From assembly GCA_036004505.1 (NCBI GenBank), contig DASYRK010000033.1:52184-116183 (forward strand): a stretch of DNA of 64,000 bases. The letters run 5' to 3'. How positions within the stretch are numbered: position 1 is the stretch's first letter; each line of letters begins with the position of its first letter. Both the position numbers and the translations under genes were made by a program. The stretch is from Steroidobacteraceae bacterium. GTDB lineage: Bacteria; Pseudomonadota; Gammaproteobacteria; Steroidobacterales; Steroidobacteraceae. The notes under the pieces are model-generated. The model saw nothing but the letters and a program-made list of their open reading frames with translations, was not told where the DNA came from and ran no database searches. This document shows positions 26,782 to 36,387 of the stretch, piece by piece.

Positions 26782-28092
26782 ATGCAAGAAAGACCAACGC
26801 TCGCGCGCGCAAAAAATGCCCCATCGACGCTGCAAAGGCGCGTCCCGGTGCGGCGCTACGTCAGTCGTATCACGCGGCACACGCTCGCCGTCATCATGGC
26901 AGGCGGCCGCGGCGAGCGCCTCAAGCACCTGACCGACCACCGTTGCAAACCGGCGACGCCGTTCGGCGGCAAGTTCCGCATCATCGACTTCGTGCTGTCG
27001 AACTGCGTGAACTCGGGGATCCGTCGCATCTCCGTCATGTCGCAGTACAAGGCGCATTCCCTGATCCAGCACATCCAGCGCGGCTGGGGCTACCTGCGCG
27101 GCGAGTTCGACGAGTTCGTCGAGGTGATCCCGGCGCAGCAGCAGATGGGCAATTTCTGGTACCGCGGCACCGCCGACTCGCTGTACCAGAACCTGCAGAT
27201 CATCCGCCTGCACCATCCGCGGCACGTGCTGGTGCTGGCCGGCGATCACATCTACAAGATGGACTACGGCCCGATGCTGGCCTCGCACGTGGAGAAGCGC
27301 GCCGACATCACCGTCGGCGTCGTCGAAGTGCCGCGCGAGCAGGCGACCGCCTTCGGCGTCATGAGCGTCGACACCGAGTACCGCATCACCAAGTTCTCCG
27401 AGAAGCCGCCAGAGCCCGAGGGCATCCCGGGGCGCGGGCAGTTCGCGCTCGGCTCGATGGGCATCTACGTGTTCAAGGCGAACCTGCTGTACCGGCTGCT
27501 GGAAGAGGACGCGAAGCGGCCCGACACGAACCACGACTTCGGCCGCAACATCATTCCGAACGCGCTCGGCTCGCTGAAGGTGTTTGCCTATCCGTTCACC
27601 GACTCGAACACCCGCGTGCAGCACTACTGGCGCGACGTCGGCACGGTCGACGCCTTCTACGAAGCGAACATGGAGCTGGTGCACGCCGACCCCGAGCTCA
27701 ACATCTACGACGAGGACTGGCCGATCTGGACCTACCAGCGCCAGTACCCGCCGGCGAAGTTCGTGCTCGACGAGGACGGGCGGCGCGGCATGGCCGTGAA
27801 CTCGATGGTGTCGGGCGGCTGCATCATCTCCGGCGCGCACGTGAACCAGAGCCTGCTGTTCTCCAACGTGCGGGTCGAGGAGCGCAGCTACCTAGAGCGC
27901 GCCGTGATCTTCCCCGACGTGCGCGTCGGCGCGGGCAGCATCATCAAGCGCGCGATCATCGATACCGGCGCGGCCGTGCCGCCCGGCACGCTCATCGGCG
28001 TCAATCGCGAGGAGGACGCGCGGCGCTTCTACATCAGCGAGAACGGCGTCGCGCTCGTGACGCGCGACATGGCCGCGCGCCTGCGAAAATAG
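26782..28092 (+). CDS. glgC: Glucose-1-phosphate adenylyltransferase
   Basis: IMAGGRGERL..KPATPFGGKFRIIDF, WYRGTAD, GDHIYKMDY, YWRDVGT. Start approximate. Confidence 0.95.
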   Translation: MQERPTLARAKNAPSTLQRRVPVRRYVSRITRHTLAVIMAGGRGERLKHLTDHRCKPATPFGGKFRIIDFVLSNCVNSGIRRISVMSQYKAHSLIQHIQRGWGYLRGEFDEFVEVIPAQQQMGNFWYRGTADSLYQNLQIIRLHHPRHVLVLAGDHIYKMDYGPMLASHVEKRADITVGVVEVPREQATAFGVMSVDTEYRITKFSEKPPEPEGIPGRGQFALGSMGIYVFKANLLYRLLEEDAKRPDTNHDFGRNIIPNALGSLKVFAYPFTDSNTRVQHYWRDVGTVDAFYEANMELVHADPELNIYDEDWPIWTYQRQYPPAKFVLDEDGRRGMAVNSMVSGGCIISGAHVNQSLLFSNVRVEERSYLERAVIFPDVRVGAGSIIKRAIIDTGAAVPPGTLIGVNREEDARRFYISENGVALVTRDMAARLRK

Positions 28093-28156
28093 CTTTGCGC
28101 AAAGCGCGGCGCTGGGCGACCATGCGGGCCGGACTTCGGATCCGCTGGGAGCCTCG

Positions 28157-28618
28157 ATGAAGCGATCGTTTCGCGCCGCCCTCTGCACGCTCGCGCTGTC
28201 GTTCGCGGCCTGCGCGCTCGGACCCAAGGTCGCAGTGCCGCGGCTCACGCTGGTGCGCGTCGCCATGACGTCCGCGGACATCTTCAACCAGCAGTTCATG
28301 GTGCGCGTGCACGTGCAGAACCCCAATGATCGCGAGCTGCCGATCCGCGGCATCGACTACAAGCTGTTCCTGGAAGGGGACAGCTTCGCCGAGGGCGTCA
28401 GCGACAAGCCGTTCGTGGTGCCGGCGCTGGGCGAGACCGAGTTCGACATGATCGTGCGCACGAATTTCGTCAGCGGCATCGGCCGGCTGATGTCGCGGCT
28501 GAACGGCCGCGATCAGGTGCAGTACGTGGTCGAGGGCAAGGTGCTCACCGACATCAGCATGGCGAAGAAGATCCCGTTCCAGGAGACGGGAACGGTGAGC
28601 ATCGGAGTCATGAAGTGA
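28157..28618 (+). CDS. LEA_2/WHy-domain lipoprotein
   Basis: Lipobox-like FAAC, VQNPNDRELPIRGIDYKL, VPALGETEF. Confidence 0.8.
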   Translation: MKRSFRAALCTLALSFAACALGPKVAVPRLTLVRVAMTSADIFNQQFMVRVHVQNPNDRELPIRGIDYKLFLEGDSFAEGVSDKPFVVPALGETEFDMIVRTNFVSGIGRLMSRLNGRDQVQYVVEGKVLTDISMAKKIPFQETGTVSIGVMK

Positions 28619-30053
28619 GGCGCTGATAGAGCTGCAGGTACTCGCGGCTCTGCTTGTCCCACGAGAAGTCCTGCGCCATTCCATTGCGCATCATCTGCAG
28701 CCAGCCGTCGCGATCGGTGAACAGATCGAGCGCCGTGTGCAGCGCCCAGCGCGCGCCCTGCGGATCGTAGTCGTTGAACACGACGCCCGTGCCCTGGCGC
28801 GTCGCCGGATTCCAGTGCTGCACGGAATCCGCGAGCCCGCCGGTGCGGCGGACGATCGGCGCCGTACCGTATTTCAGGCTGTACATCTGGTTGAGCCCGC
28901 ACGGCTCGTACAGCGAAGGCATCAGGAACATGTCGCTCGCGGCTTCGATGAGATGCGCGAGCTCCTCGCTGTAGCCGCGATGGAATACGACGCGGTCCGG
29001 GAAGCGCTGCTGCAGTCCCTCGAAGAAACGCTCGTAGCGCTCCTCGCCGCTGCCGAGCACGACGCAGGACATCTCGCGCGTCGCGATGATCTGCGGCAGC
29101 ACGTCGAACAGCAGGTCGATGCCCTTCTGCACCGTCAGGCGCGTGACCATGCCGAGCAGCGGCGCGGCCGCATCGCTGTTCAGATTCAGCCAATCGAGGC
29201 AGGCCGCCTTCGTCTGTCCTTTCCCTGAAAGGTGCTGCGGCGAGTAGTGATGCTTCAGATAGCGGTCGGTGGCCGGATTCCACTCGGTGTAGTCGACGCC
29301 GTTGAGAATTCCGACGACGGCGTCACCGCGTGCGCGCAATACGCCATCGAGGCCGTGGCCGCCGAGCGGCGTCGAGATTTCCATCGCGTAGGTCGGGCTC
29401 ACCGTCGTCACAGCGTCGGCGTTGCGCACGCCTTCGCGCAGCCAGTTGAAGCCGCCGCCCGCGCGTGTCTCAGGCGCGAGGAGATCCCACACATTGCCGC
29501 CGACGTCGTAGGTCGTCGACGCGTCGAACCAGCCCTGATAGCCGATGTTGTGGATCGACAGCACGCTGCGCGTCGCGCGAAACAGGTGGTCCCACGCGTA
29601 CACCGTTTTGAGCAGCATCGGCAGCAGCGCCGTGTGCCAGTCGTTGCAGTGAATGATGTCCGGCGCGAACTTCAGCCGCTGGCACATGTCGAGCGCGGCC
29701 CGCTGCAGCACCAGGAATCGCAGGTGCTCGTCGGGTCCGATGGTGTAGATCGTCGAGCGGTCGTAGACGGCCGGGCAGTGGACGAAATACAGCGGCACGG
29801 CGGAGCCGGGCAGGCGCGTCTCGTACAGCGAGTAGTGATAGAGATGAGCGCCGAGGCGCAGCTCGACATGTTGTGCGCCCTCGACCGGCAGCATCTCCAG
29901 CGCCGCAGTGCCGATGCTCGAGTACAGCGGCATGACGACGCGAATGTCGTGACCCTGATCGTGCAGATGCCGCGGCAGCACGCCGGCGACGTCGGCCAGC
30001 CCGCCGGTCTTCGCGAGCGGCGCCACCTCGGAAGCGACGAAGCAAATGCGCAT
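28608..30053 (-). CDS. glgA: Glycogen synthase
   Basis: ASEVAPLAKTGGLADV, HCNDWHT, PSLYEPCGLNQMY, TGGLAD. Confidence 0.95.
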   Translation of the reverse strand: MRICFVASEVAPLAKTGGLADVAGVLPRHLHDQGHDIRVVMPLYSSIGTAALEMLPVEGAQHVELRLGAHLYHYSLYETRLPGSAVPLYFVHCPAVYDRSTIYTIGPDEHLRFLVLQRAALDMCQRLKFAPDIIHCNDWHTALLPMLLKTVYAWDHLFRATRSVLSIHNIGYQGWFDASTTYDVGGNVWDLLAPETRAGGGFNWLREGVRNADAVTTVSPTYAMEISTPLGGHGLDGVLRARGDAVVGILNGVDYTEWNPATDRYLKHHYSPQHLSGKGQTKAACLDWLNLNSDAAAPLLGMVTRLTVQKGIDLLFDVLPQIIATREMSCVVLGSGEERYERFFEGLQQRFPDRVVFHRGYSEELAHLIEAASDMFLMPSLYEPCGLNQMYSLKYGTAPIVRRTGGLADSVQHWNPATRQGTGVVFNDYDPQGARWALHTALDLFTDRDGWLQMMRNGMAQDFSWDKQSREYLQLYQRLTS

Positions 30054-30064
30054 GGAGGGAGAAA

Positions 30065-30421
30065 CTATCGGCTATCGGCTTCGTTCCGGGCGGTAGGCAG
30101 TCCCTCCTGCTCGCGCATGAACGTCGCGACGCTCTTTTCCAGGTAGGCGCTCAGGAAAGTCTGCAGCGAGTTGCCGTAGAAGCGGATCAGCGTTTCGAGC
30201 AGCGCCGTCGACAGGATCGGCCGCCCGAACTGCTCCTGGTCGGCGATGACCTGCAGCAGGATGAGCCGCGTGATGTCTTCGTGGGTCTTGTCCTCGACGA
30301 CCTTCACGCGCACACCGCCGACCACGAGGTTGCGGATGTCGTCGAGCGTGATGTGGCGGCTCTGCGAAGCGTCGTACAGCCGCCGGTTCGCGTACTTCTT
30401 GATGAGTCGTTCTTCGCTCAT
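30065..30421 (-). CDS. phaR: PhaR-like polyhydroxyalkanoate synthesis repressor (short form)
   Basis: IKKYANRRLYD..ITLDDI, EDITRLILLQVI. Confidence 0.85.
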   Translation of the reverse strand: MSEERLIKKYANRRLYDASQSRHITLDDIRNLVVGGVRVKVVEDKTHEDITRLILLQVIADQEQFGRPILSTALLETLIRFYGNSLQTFLSAYLEKSVATFMREQEGLPTARNEADSR

Positions 30422-30652
30422 GTGTCGCACATCCCGGAGCGTCACGCAGCCGCGGCTACTCTAGCCGACGCTCATTTGGCAGTGCAACAAGGGCGCCGAT
30501 CCGCAGCGATGAACCTGCCGTCCGCAGCTGCGTGCCGCTCGTCCGGATCGGCGCGAAACGGCAATTGGGACAGTTGACGGTCTCGCGGCTCGACGCGCAC
30601 TCTCGCGGACCTTTCCCGCCCCATTCGCCCAAACACCATCAAGAGTATCGAC

Positions 30653-31594
30653 ATGATCTACGACAGCATTCTGGCCACGATCGGCCGCACGCCCGTCGTC
30701 CGCATCAACCGGCTCGCGCCCGCTCACGTCGAGATGTACGTGAAGTGCGAGTTCTTCAATCCGCTCTCGTCGGTGAAGGACCGCCTCGCGATCGCGATCA
30801 TCGAGGACGCCGAGCGGCGCGGCACGCTGGAGCCAGGCCAGACGGTCGTCGAAGCGACCTCCGGCAACACCGGCATCGCGCTCGCAATGGTGTGCGCGGC
30901 GAAGGGGTATCCGTTCGTCGCAGTCATGGCCGAGAGCTTCTCGGTCGAGCGCCGCAAGATCATGCGCATCCTCGGCGCCAAGGTGATCCTGACGCCTGCA
31001 GCCGAGCGCGGCAGCGGCATGGTGCGCAAGGCTGAAGAGCTCTCGCGCAAGCACGGCTGGTTCCTCGCGCGGCAGTTCGAGAACCAGGCGAATCCCGAGT
31101 ACCACCGCAACACCACCGGCCCGGAGATCCTGCGCGACTTCGCCGGCAAGCGGCTCGACTTCTGGGTGACCGGTTGGGGCACGGGGGGCACGCTGACCGG
31201 CGCCGGCGAGATCATCAAGAAGGCGCGTCCCGACACCCGCATCGTCGTCACCGAGCCCGCCGGGGCTTCGCTCCTCGGCGGCGCGGAGTTCAAACCGCAC
31301 AAGATCCAGGGCTGGACGCCGGACTTCATCCCGGCCGTGCTGAACCGGTCCGTCGCCGACGAACTGCTGACGGTCGAGGACGCAGAAGCGATCCAGGCTT
31401 CGCGCGAGCTCGCGGCGAAGGAAGGCATCTTCTGCGGCATCTCCTCGGGCGGCACGTTCGCCGCGGCGCTGAAGGTCGCGCAGAAGGCGCCGAAAGGGTC
31501 GGTCATCCTTGCAATGCTGCCGGATACCGGCGAGCGCTATCTGACGACTGCGTTGTTCGAGGGCATCAGTGACGCCTCGGATGCGGAGCCATAA
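30653..31594 (+). CDS. cysK: Cysteine synthase A
   Basis: KCEFFNPLSSVKDR (PLP lysine), EATSGNTG, GTGGT, HKIQG, DTGERYL. Confidence 0.93.
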   Translation: MIYDSILATIGRTPVVRINRLAPAHVEMYVKCEFFNPLSSVKDRLAIAIIEDAERRGTLEPGQTVVEATSGNTGIALAMVCAAKGYPFVAVMAESFSVERRKIMRILGAKVILTPAAERGSGMVRKAEELSRKHGWFLARQFENQANPEYHRNTTGPEILRDFAGKRLDFWVTGWGTGGTLTGAGEIIKKARPDTRIVVTEPAGASLLGGAEFKPHKIQGWTPDFIPAVLNRSVADELLTVEDAEAIQASRELAAKEGIFCGISSGGTFAAALKVAQKAPKGSVILAMLPDTGERYLTTALFEGISDASDAEP

Positions 31595-31867
31595 GCGCGG
31601 CTTAAGTCGCAGACAACGCTAACCCCTTCACCCTCCACGATTCTTTACAGCCCGGCGGCAACGCCGCCGGTACTGTAGCCGGCGCCTGCATCGCGGATCC
31701 CCCTGACCGCGACCTGCAGGCGCGCCGGCGCGTCCGCCACCCACTTCGCGGTCCCGCGCGGCCCAGATGCCCCGGCCCCCTACGCTTTTGGCAACGCGCT
31801 AGTGAGATACTTTTCCTTCCGTTTACTTCCCGATCCGCCGGGCGCCGGTGGAAGGCTGACTCAATAC

Positions 31868-32971
31868 GTGACTCGCAACGGCCTCGTGATCGTCGCGCTG
31901 CTCGCGCTCGTCCTCATCGGCGGCGCGTGGTACCTGTTCGCGGACGGAAAGCCGTCGGCGGCGGCGGGAGGCGCCGAGGCTAGCAAAGGCGAAGCACGCG
32001 CCGTGGCCGTCGTCACGACCCACGCGGCGAAGAAGGAATTCGCCCACGAGGTCGAAGCGCTCGGCACGTTGCGCGCCAACGAATCGGTCGACATCACGGC
32101 GAAAGTGGCGGACCGGGTCGCGGCGATCCACTTCAACGAGGGTCAGCAGGTGCGCAAGGGCGAGGTGCTGATCGAGCTCGATAACACCGAGGCCCGCGCC
32201 GATCTTGCCGCGGCCGAAGCAGCCGCCAGCGACAGCCGCAGCCAGTACAAGCGCAGCCAGGAGCTGTACCAGACGAAGGCGCTGTCGGAGGCGCAACTCG
32301 ATCAGCTGCACGCGACGCTGCTCGCGAACGAAGCGCGGGTCGAGGCGGCGCGCTCGCGTCTCCACGATCGTGTCATTACCGCACCGTTCAACGGCCGCGT
32401 CGGCTTGCGCAACGTCAGCCTCGGCGGCCTGGTCAATCCCGGCGGCGTGATCACGACGCTGGACGATCTCAGCATCGTCAAGCTCGACTTCTCCGTGCCC
32501 GAGATTTTCCTGTCGACGCTGCAGCCGGGCCTGACGGTCGAAGCGCGCAGCACCGCGTATCCCGATCAGCCGTTCAGTGGCCGCGTCGCCAGCGTCGCGA
32601 CGCGCGTCGATCCGACGACGCGCGCCGTCACGATCCGCGCGCTGATCGACAATCGCGACGCCCGGCTGCGACCCGGCATGTTCATGACGGTCAAGCTGGT
32701 GCGTCGTGAAGGCCTGGCGCTGATGTTGCCGGAGCAGGCGATCGTGCCCGAGAACGACCAGCATTTCGTTTACGTCATCGAGGACGGCAAGGCGCACAAG
32801 CGCGCGGTCAAGATCGGCCGGCGCCGGCCCGGCGAAGTCGAGGTCCTGGAAGGGCTGACAGCCGACGAAGGCGTCGTCGTCGACGGCACGCTGAATTTGC
32901 GCGACGGCGCGCCGGTGCGCGTGCAAGCTGATGCGCTCGGCGGCCCGGCGCGCGTGAACGGCCAGACATGA
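31868..32971 (+). CDS. RND efflux membrane fusion protein
   Basis: N-terminal TM anchor, lipoyl-like repeats, ITAPFNGRVG, LRPGMF. GTG start at 31868 preferred. Confidence 0.92.
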   Translation: MTRNGLVIVALLALVLIGGAWYLFADGKPSAAAGGAEASKGEARAVAVVTTHAAKKEFAHEVEALGTLRANESVDITAKVADRVAAIHFNEGQQVRKGEVLIELDNTEARADLAAAEAAASDSRSQYKRSQELYQTKALSEAQLDQLHATLLANEARVEAARSRLHDRVITAPFNGRVGLRNVSLGGLVNPGGVITTLDDLSIVKLDFSVPEIFLSTLQPGLTVEARSTAYPDQPFSGRVASVATRVDPTTRAVTIRALIDNRDARLRPGMFMTVKLVRREGLALMLPEQAIVPENDQHFVYVIEDGKAHKRAVKIGRRRPGEVEVLEGLTADEGVVVDGTLNLRDGAPVRVQADALGGPARVNGQT

Positions 32972-35900
32972 TCCTCTCCGACGTTTCCGTCCGCCGTCCG
33001 GTGTTCGCGATGGTCGTGAGCCTGTTGCTCACGATCATCGGCGTCATGGCCGCGGGCCGCCTGTCCGTACGCGAGACGCCGAACGTCCAGCCGCCGATCG
33101 TCAGCATCGACACCGACTACGTCGGCGCTTCCGCGTCGGTCGTCGAATCGAAGATCACGCAGGTCATCGAGAATCAGATCGCCGGACTGGAAGGCGTGGA
33201 CACGCTGCGCTCCAGCAGCATGGACGAGCGCTCGCGCATCACCATCGAGTTCAGTCTCGACCGTGACATCGAATCCGCCGCCAACGACGTGCGCGACCGT
33301 GTCTCGCGCGTACTCAACAACCTGCCGGAAGAGGCCGATCCGCCCGAGGTCGCGAAGGTCGACACGACGTCCGACCCGATCATGTGGCTGAACCTGGAGA
33401 GCGACCGCCGCTCGCAGCTGGAGCTCACCGACTACGCGCAGCGCTACCTCGTCGACCGGTTCTCCGTCGTCAAGGGCGTCGCGCAGGTCCGCATCAGCGG
33501 CGAGCGTCGCCTCGCGATGCGCGTGTGGCTCGACCGCCAGGCGATGGCAGCTCGCAGGCTCACCGTCACGGACATCGAGGATGCGCTGCGCGCCGAGAAC
33601 GTCGAGCTGCCCGCCGGCCGCATCGAATCCAGCCAGCGCGAATTCACGCTGCACACGGACACCGGCCTGTACACGCCGAGCGATTTCCGCCAGCTGGTCG
33701 TCGGCCGCGGCGAAGGCGGCTACCTGGTGCGCCTCGGCGAAGTCGCGGACGTCGAGCTCGCGGCCGAGGACCTGCGCAACGTGGCGCGCTCCGACAGCAA
33801 GCCTTCGCTCAGCCTCGGCATGGTTCCGCAGTCGACTGCGAACGTGCTGGAGGTCGCGAAAGGCGTCAATGCCGAGATGGCGCTGGTGAAGCCGACGCTG
33901 CCGCCCGACATCAAGATGGGCATCAACATCGACGACACGGTGTTCGTCCGCGGCTCGATCAGCGAAGTCATCCACGCGCTCGTCATCGCGCTGCTGCTCG
34001 TGCTCATCGTCATCTACCTGTTCCTCGGCACGATGCGCGCAACGCTGATCCCGGCTGTGACGATTCCGGTCTCGATCATCTCGGCGAGCATCATCATGGT
34101 GATCGCCGGCTTCTCGATCAACGTTTTGACACTGCTCGGCGCCGTGCTCGCGATCGGCCTGGTCGTGGACGACGCGATCGTGGTGCTGGAAAACATCGTG
34201 CGGCGGATCGAGCTCGGCCAGCCGCCGCTGCTGGCGGCGGTCGATGGCAGCCGCGAGATCGGCTTCGCCGTGGTCGCGACCACGCTGGTGCTGATCGCGG
34301 TGTTCCTGCCGATCTCGTTCATCCCCGGCAACATCGGCCGGTTGTTCGGCGAGTTCGGCATCACGATCGCCGCGGCAATCGGCTTCTCGGCGCTGGTGTC
34401 GCTGACACTGGTGCCGATGATGAGCTCGAAGATCTTCGGGCACGGCATCGTGCGCGGCCGCGTCGCACACGCTGTCGATCGATTCTTCCGCTGGCTGTCG
34501 CAGGTCTATGAGCGCTCGCTGCGCAGCGGCCTGCACGCACCGGGGCTGATCGTCGGCGCCGGCGCTGCGGCCCTCGTGCTCGCTGTGATCCTGTTCCGGA
34601 TGCTGCCGTCCGAGTACGCACCGTCCGAAGACCGGCAGCGCGTTGTGATCATGCTGACCGCGCCGGAAGGCTCGAGCCTTCAATACATGGAGCGCTACCT
34701 GAAGCGGGTCGAACAGATCGCCGCGGTCGAGGTCGAGAAGGGCAACGCGCGCCGCATGCTGTCGCGCATCGGCAATTTCGGCGGCGGCAGCGAGGTCAAC
34801 ATCGGCCGCGTGGTGCTGTCGTTGTCGGACTTCGACGAGCGCAAGGAGTCGGCGCAGCAGATCGCGGCGCGCCTGCGGCCGCAGCTGACGAACCTTGCCG
34901 GCGTGCGCGCGACGGTCGTGACGCCGGGCGGCCTGGGTATTCGCGGTTACAGCTCACCCGTGCAGATCGTGCTCGGCGGCGGCGACTACGAGGAGCTCGC
35001 GCGCTGGCGCGACGTCATCCTGGCGAAGGCAGCGGAGAATCCGGGCCTCACCAACCTCGATTCCGATTACTACGCGCGCAAGCCGCAGCTCAAGGTCTCG
35101 GTCGATCGCAACCGCGCCGCCGATCTCGGCGTGTCGCTGACGACGGTCGGCCGCACGCTGGAGACGATGATGGGCTCGCGCATCGTTACGACGTTCCTCG
35201 ATCGCGGCGAGGAATACAACGTGATGCTGCAGGCCCGCGAGGACGACCGCGCGACGCCGAGCGACCTCGACAACATCTACGTGCGCTCCTCGACCACGAA
35301 CTCGCTGATCCCGCTGTCGAACCTGGTCCACATCGAGGAGATCGCCGGCCCGACCGAGCTGAAGCGCTTCGACCGGCTGCGCTCGATCACGATCTCCGCG
35401 AGCCTCAATCCCGGCTACTCGCTCGGCGAGGCGCTCGACTACATGGAGGGGCTGGTGCGCACCGAGCTGCCGGCGTACGCGCAGATCAACTACGACGGCG
35501 AGTCGCGCGAGTTCAAGCGCTCCGGCTCGGCGCTGTACCTGACCTTCCTGCTGGCGCTCGTGATCGTGTTCCTGGTGCTGTCGGCGCAGTTCGAGAGCTT
35601 CCGGCACCCGTTCATCATCATGATGACGGTGCCGCTCGCAGTGACGGGCGCGCTGCTCGGCCTGTGGTTCACGGGAGGGTCGATCAACGTCTTCAGCCAG
35701 ATCGGCTGCATCATGCTGATCGGCCTGGCGGCCAAGAACGGCATTCTGATCGTCGAGTTCGCGAACCAGCTGCGCGACCGCGGCATCGAGCTGCACGAAG
35801 CCGTGATCGAATCGGCTGCGATCCGCCTCCGGCCGGTGCTGATGACGAGCCTGTGTACGGTGTTCGGCGCGATTCCGCTGCTCATCGCCTCTGGCGCGGG

Positions 35901-36114
35901 CGCAGAGAGCCGCAAGTCCATCGGCGCGGTGGTCGTGTACGGCGTGATGTTCTCGCTGCTGCTGACGCTGTACGTCGTTCCTGTCGTGTACGGCTATGTC
36001 GCACGCAACACTCGCTCGCCGGAGTACATCGCGCACCTGATCGAGAAACTGCGCGGCGGCTCGAAGTCCGGCGGCGCCGGCGAGCCGGCCCACAAAGGCG
36101 CCGACGCGCAGTAG
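32968..36114 (+). CDS. RND efflux permease (AcrB family)
   Basis: SVRRPVFA, GLVVDDAIVVLENI, GLAAKNGILIVEFAN, RLRPVLMT; 1048 aa. Confidence 0.95.
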   Translation: MILSDVSVRRPVFAMVVSLLLTIIGVMAAGRLSVRETPNVQPPIVSIDTDYVGASASVVESKITQVIENQIAGLEGVDTLRSSSMDERSRITIEFSLDRDIESAANDVRDRVSRVLNNLPEEADPPEVAKVDTTSDPIMWLNLESDRRSQLELTDYAQRYLVDRFSVVKGVAQVRISGERRLAMRVWLDRQAMAARRLTVTDIEDALRAENVELPAGRIESSQREFTLHTDTGLYTPSDFRQLVVGRGEGGYLVRLGEVADVELAAEDLRNVARSDSKPSLSLGMVPQSTANVLEVAKGVNAEMALVKPTLPPDIKMGINIDDTVFVRGSISEVIHALVIALLLVLIVIYLFLGTMRATLIPAVTIPVSIISASIIMVIAGFSINVLTLLGAVLAIGLVVDDAIVVLENIVRRIELGQPPLLAAVDGSREIGFAVVATTLVLIAVFLPISFIPGNIGRLFGEFGITIAAAIGFSALVSLTLVPMMSSKIFGHGIVRGRVAHAVDRFFRWLSQVYERSLRSGLHAPGLIVGAGAAALVLAVILFRMLPSEYAPSEDRQRVVIMLTAPEGSSLQYMERYLKRVEQIAAVEVEKGNARRMLSRIGNFGGGSEVNIGRVVLSLSDFDERKESAQQIAARLRPQLTNLAGVRATVVTPGGLGIRGYSSPVQIVLGGGDYEELARWRDVILAKAAENPGLTNLDSDYYARKPQLKVSVDRNRAADLGVSLTTVGRTLETMMGSRIVTTFLDRGEEYNVMLQAREDDRATPSDLDNIYVRSSTTNSLIPLSNLVHIEEIAGPTELKRFDRLRSITISASLNPGYSLGEALDYMEGLVRTELPAYAQINYDGESREFKRSGSALYLTFLLALVIVFLVLSAQFESFRHPFIIMMTVPLAVTGALLGLWFTGGSINVFSQIGCIMLIGLAAKNGILIVEFANQLRDRGIELHEAVIESAAIRLRPVLMTSLCTVFGAIPLLIASGAGAESRKSIGAVVVYGVMFSLLLTLYVVPVVYGYVARNTRSPEYIAHLIEKLRGGSKSGGAGEPAHKGADAQ

Positions 36115-36120
36115 GCGCGC

Positions 36121-36156
36121 AATAAAAAGCCGGCAGGCGGGGAAGCACTGCCGGCT
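36121..36156 (-). terminator. Minus-strand intrinsic terminator
   Basis: AGCCGGCAG/CTGCCGGCT stem. The U-tract (TTTTTATT) is on the minus strand only, although both flanking genes are on plus. Confidence 0.7.
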
Positions 36157-36282
36157 CATGTCCTGAGCGCCCGATCAGCAAAGCGAACGCTCTCGCAGGA
36201 GGACGGTCTCTAAGACGGTCGGGCGCGTCGCAAGTTCCCCAGCGTTCCCCGCCGACCAAACAAGTATTTCGTAAGTCGCAGC
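36121..36282 (-). ncRNA. Candidate small RNA (about 160 nt)
   Basis: AT-rich tract plus TTGACG (36316-36311), a weak -10, internal hairpins, an anti-SD segment TCCTCCTGCGAGAG and an orphan minus-strand terminator. Confidence 0.4.
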
Positions 36283-36387
36283 CAGCAGACACTGAGACTT
36301 ATGGGCAGATCGTCAAGTAAAAATAATTGATAGCACGGGTCGTCTGCGGCCCGCATTGCTAGAATGCCGCCCTTTTGGCGGGATCCC

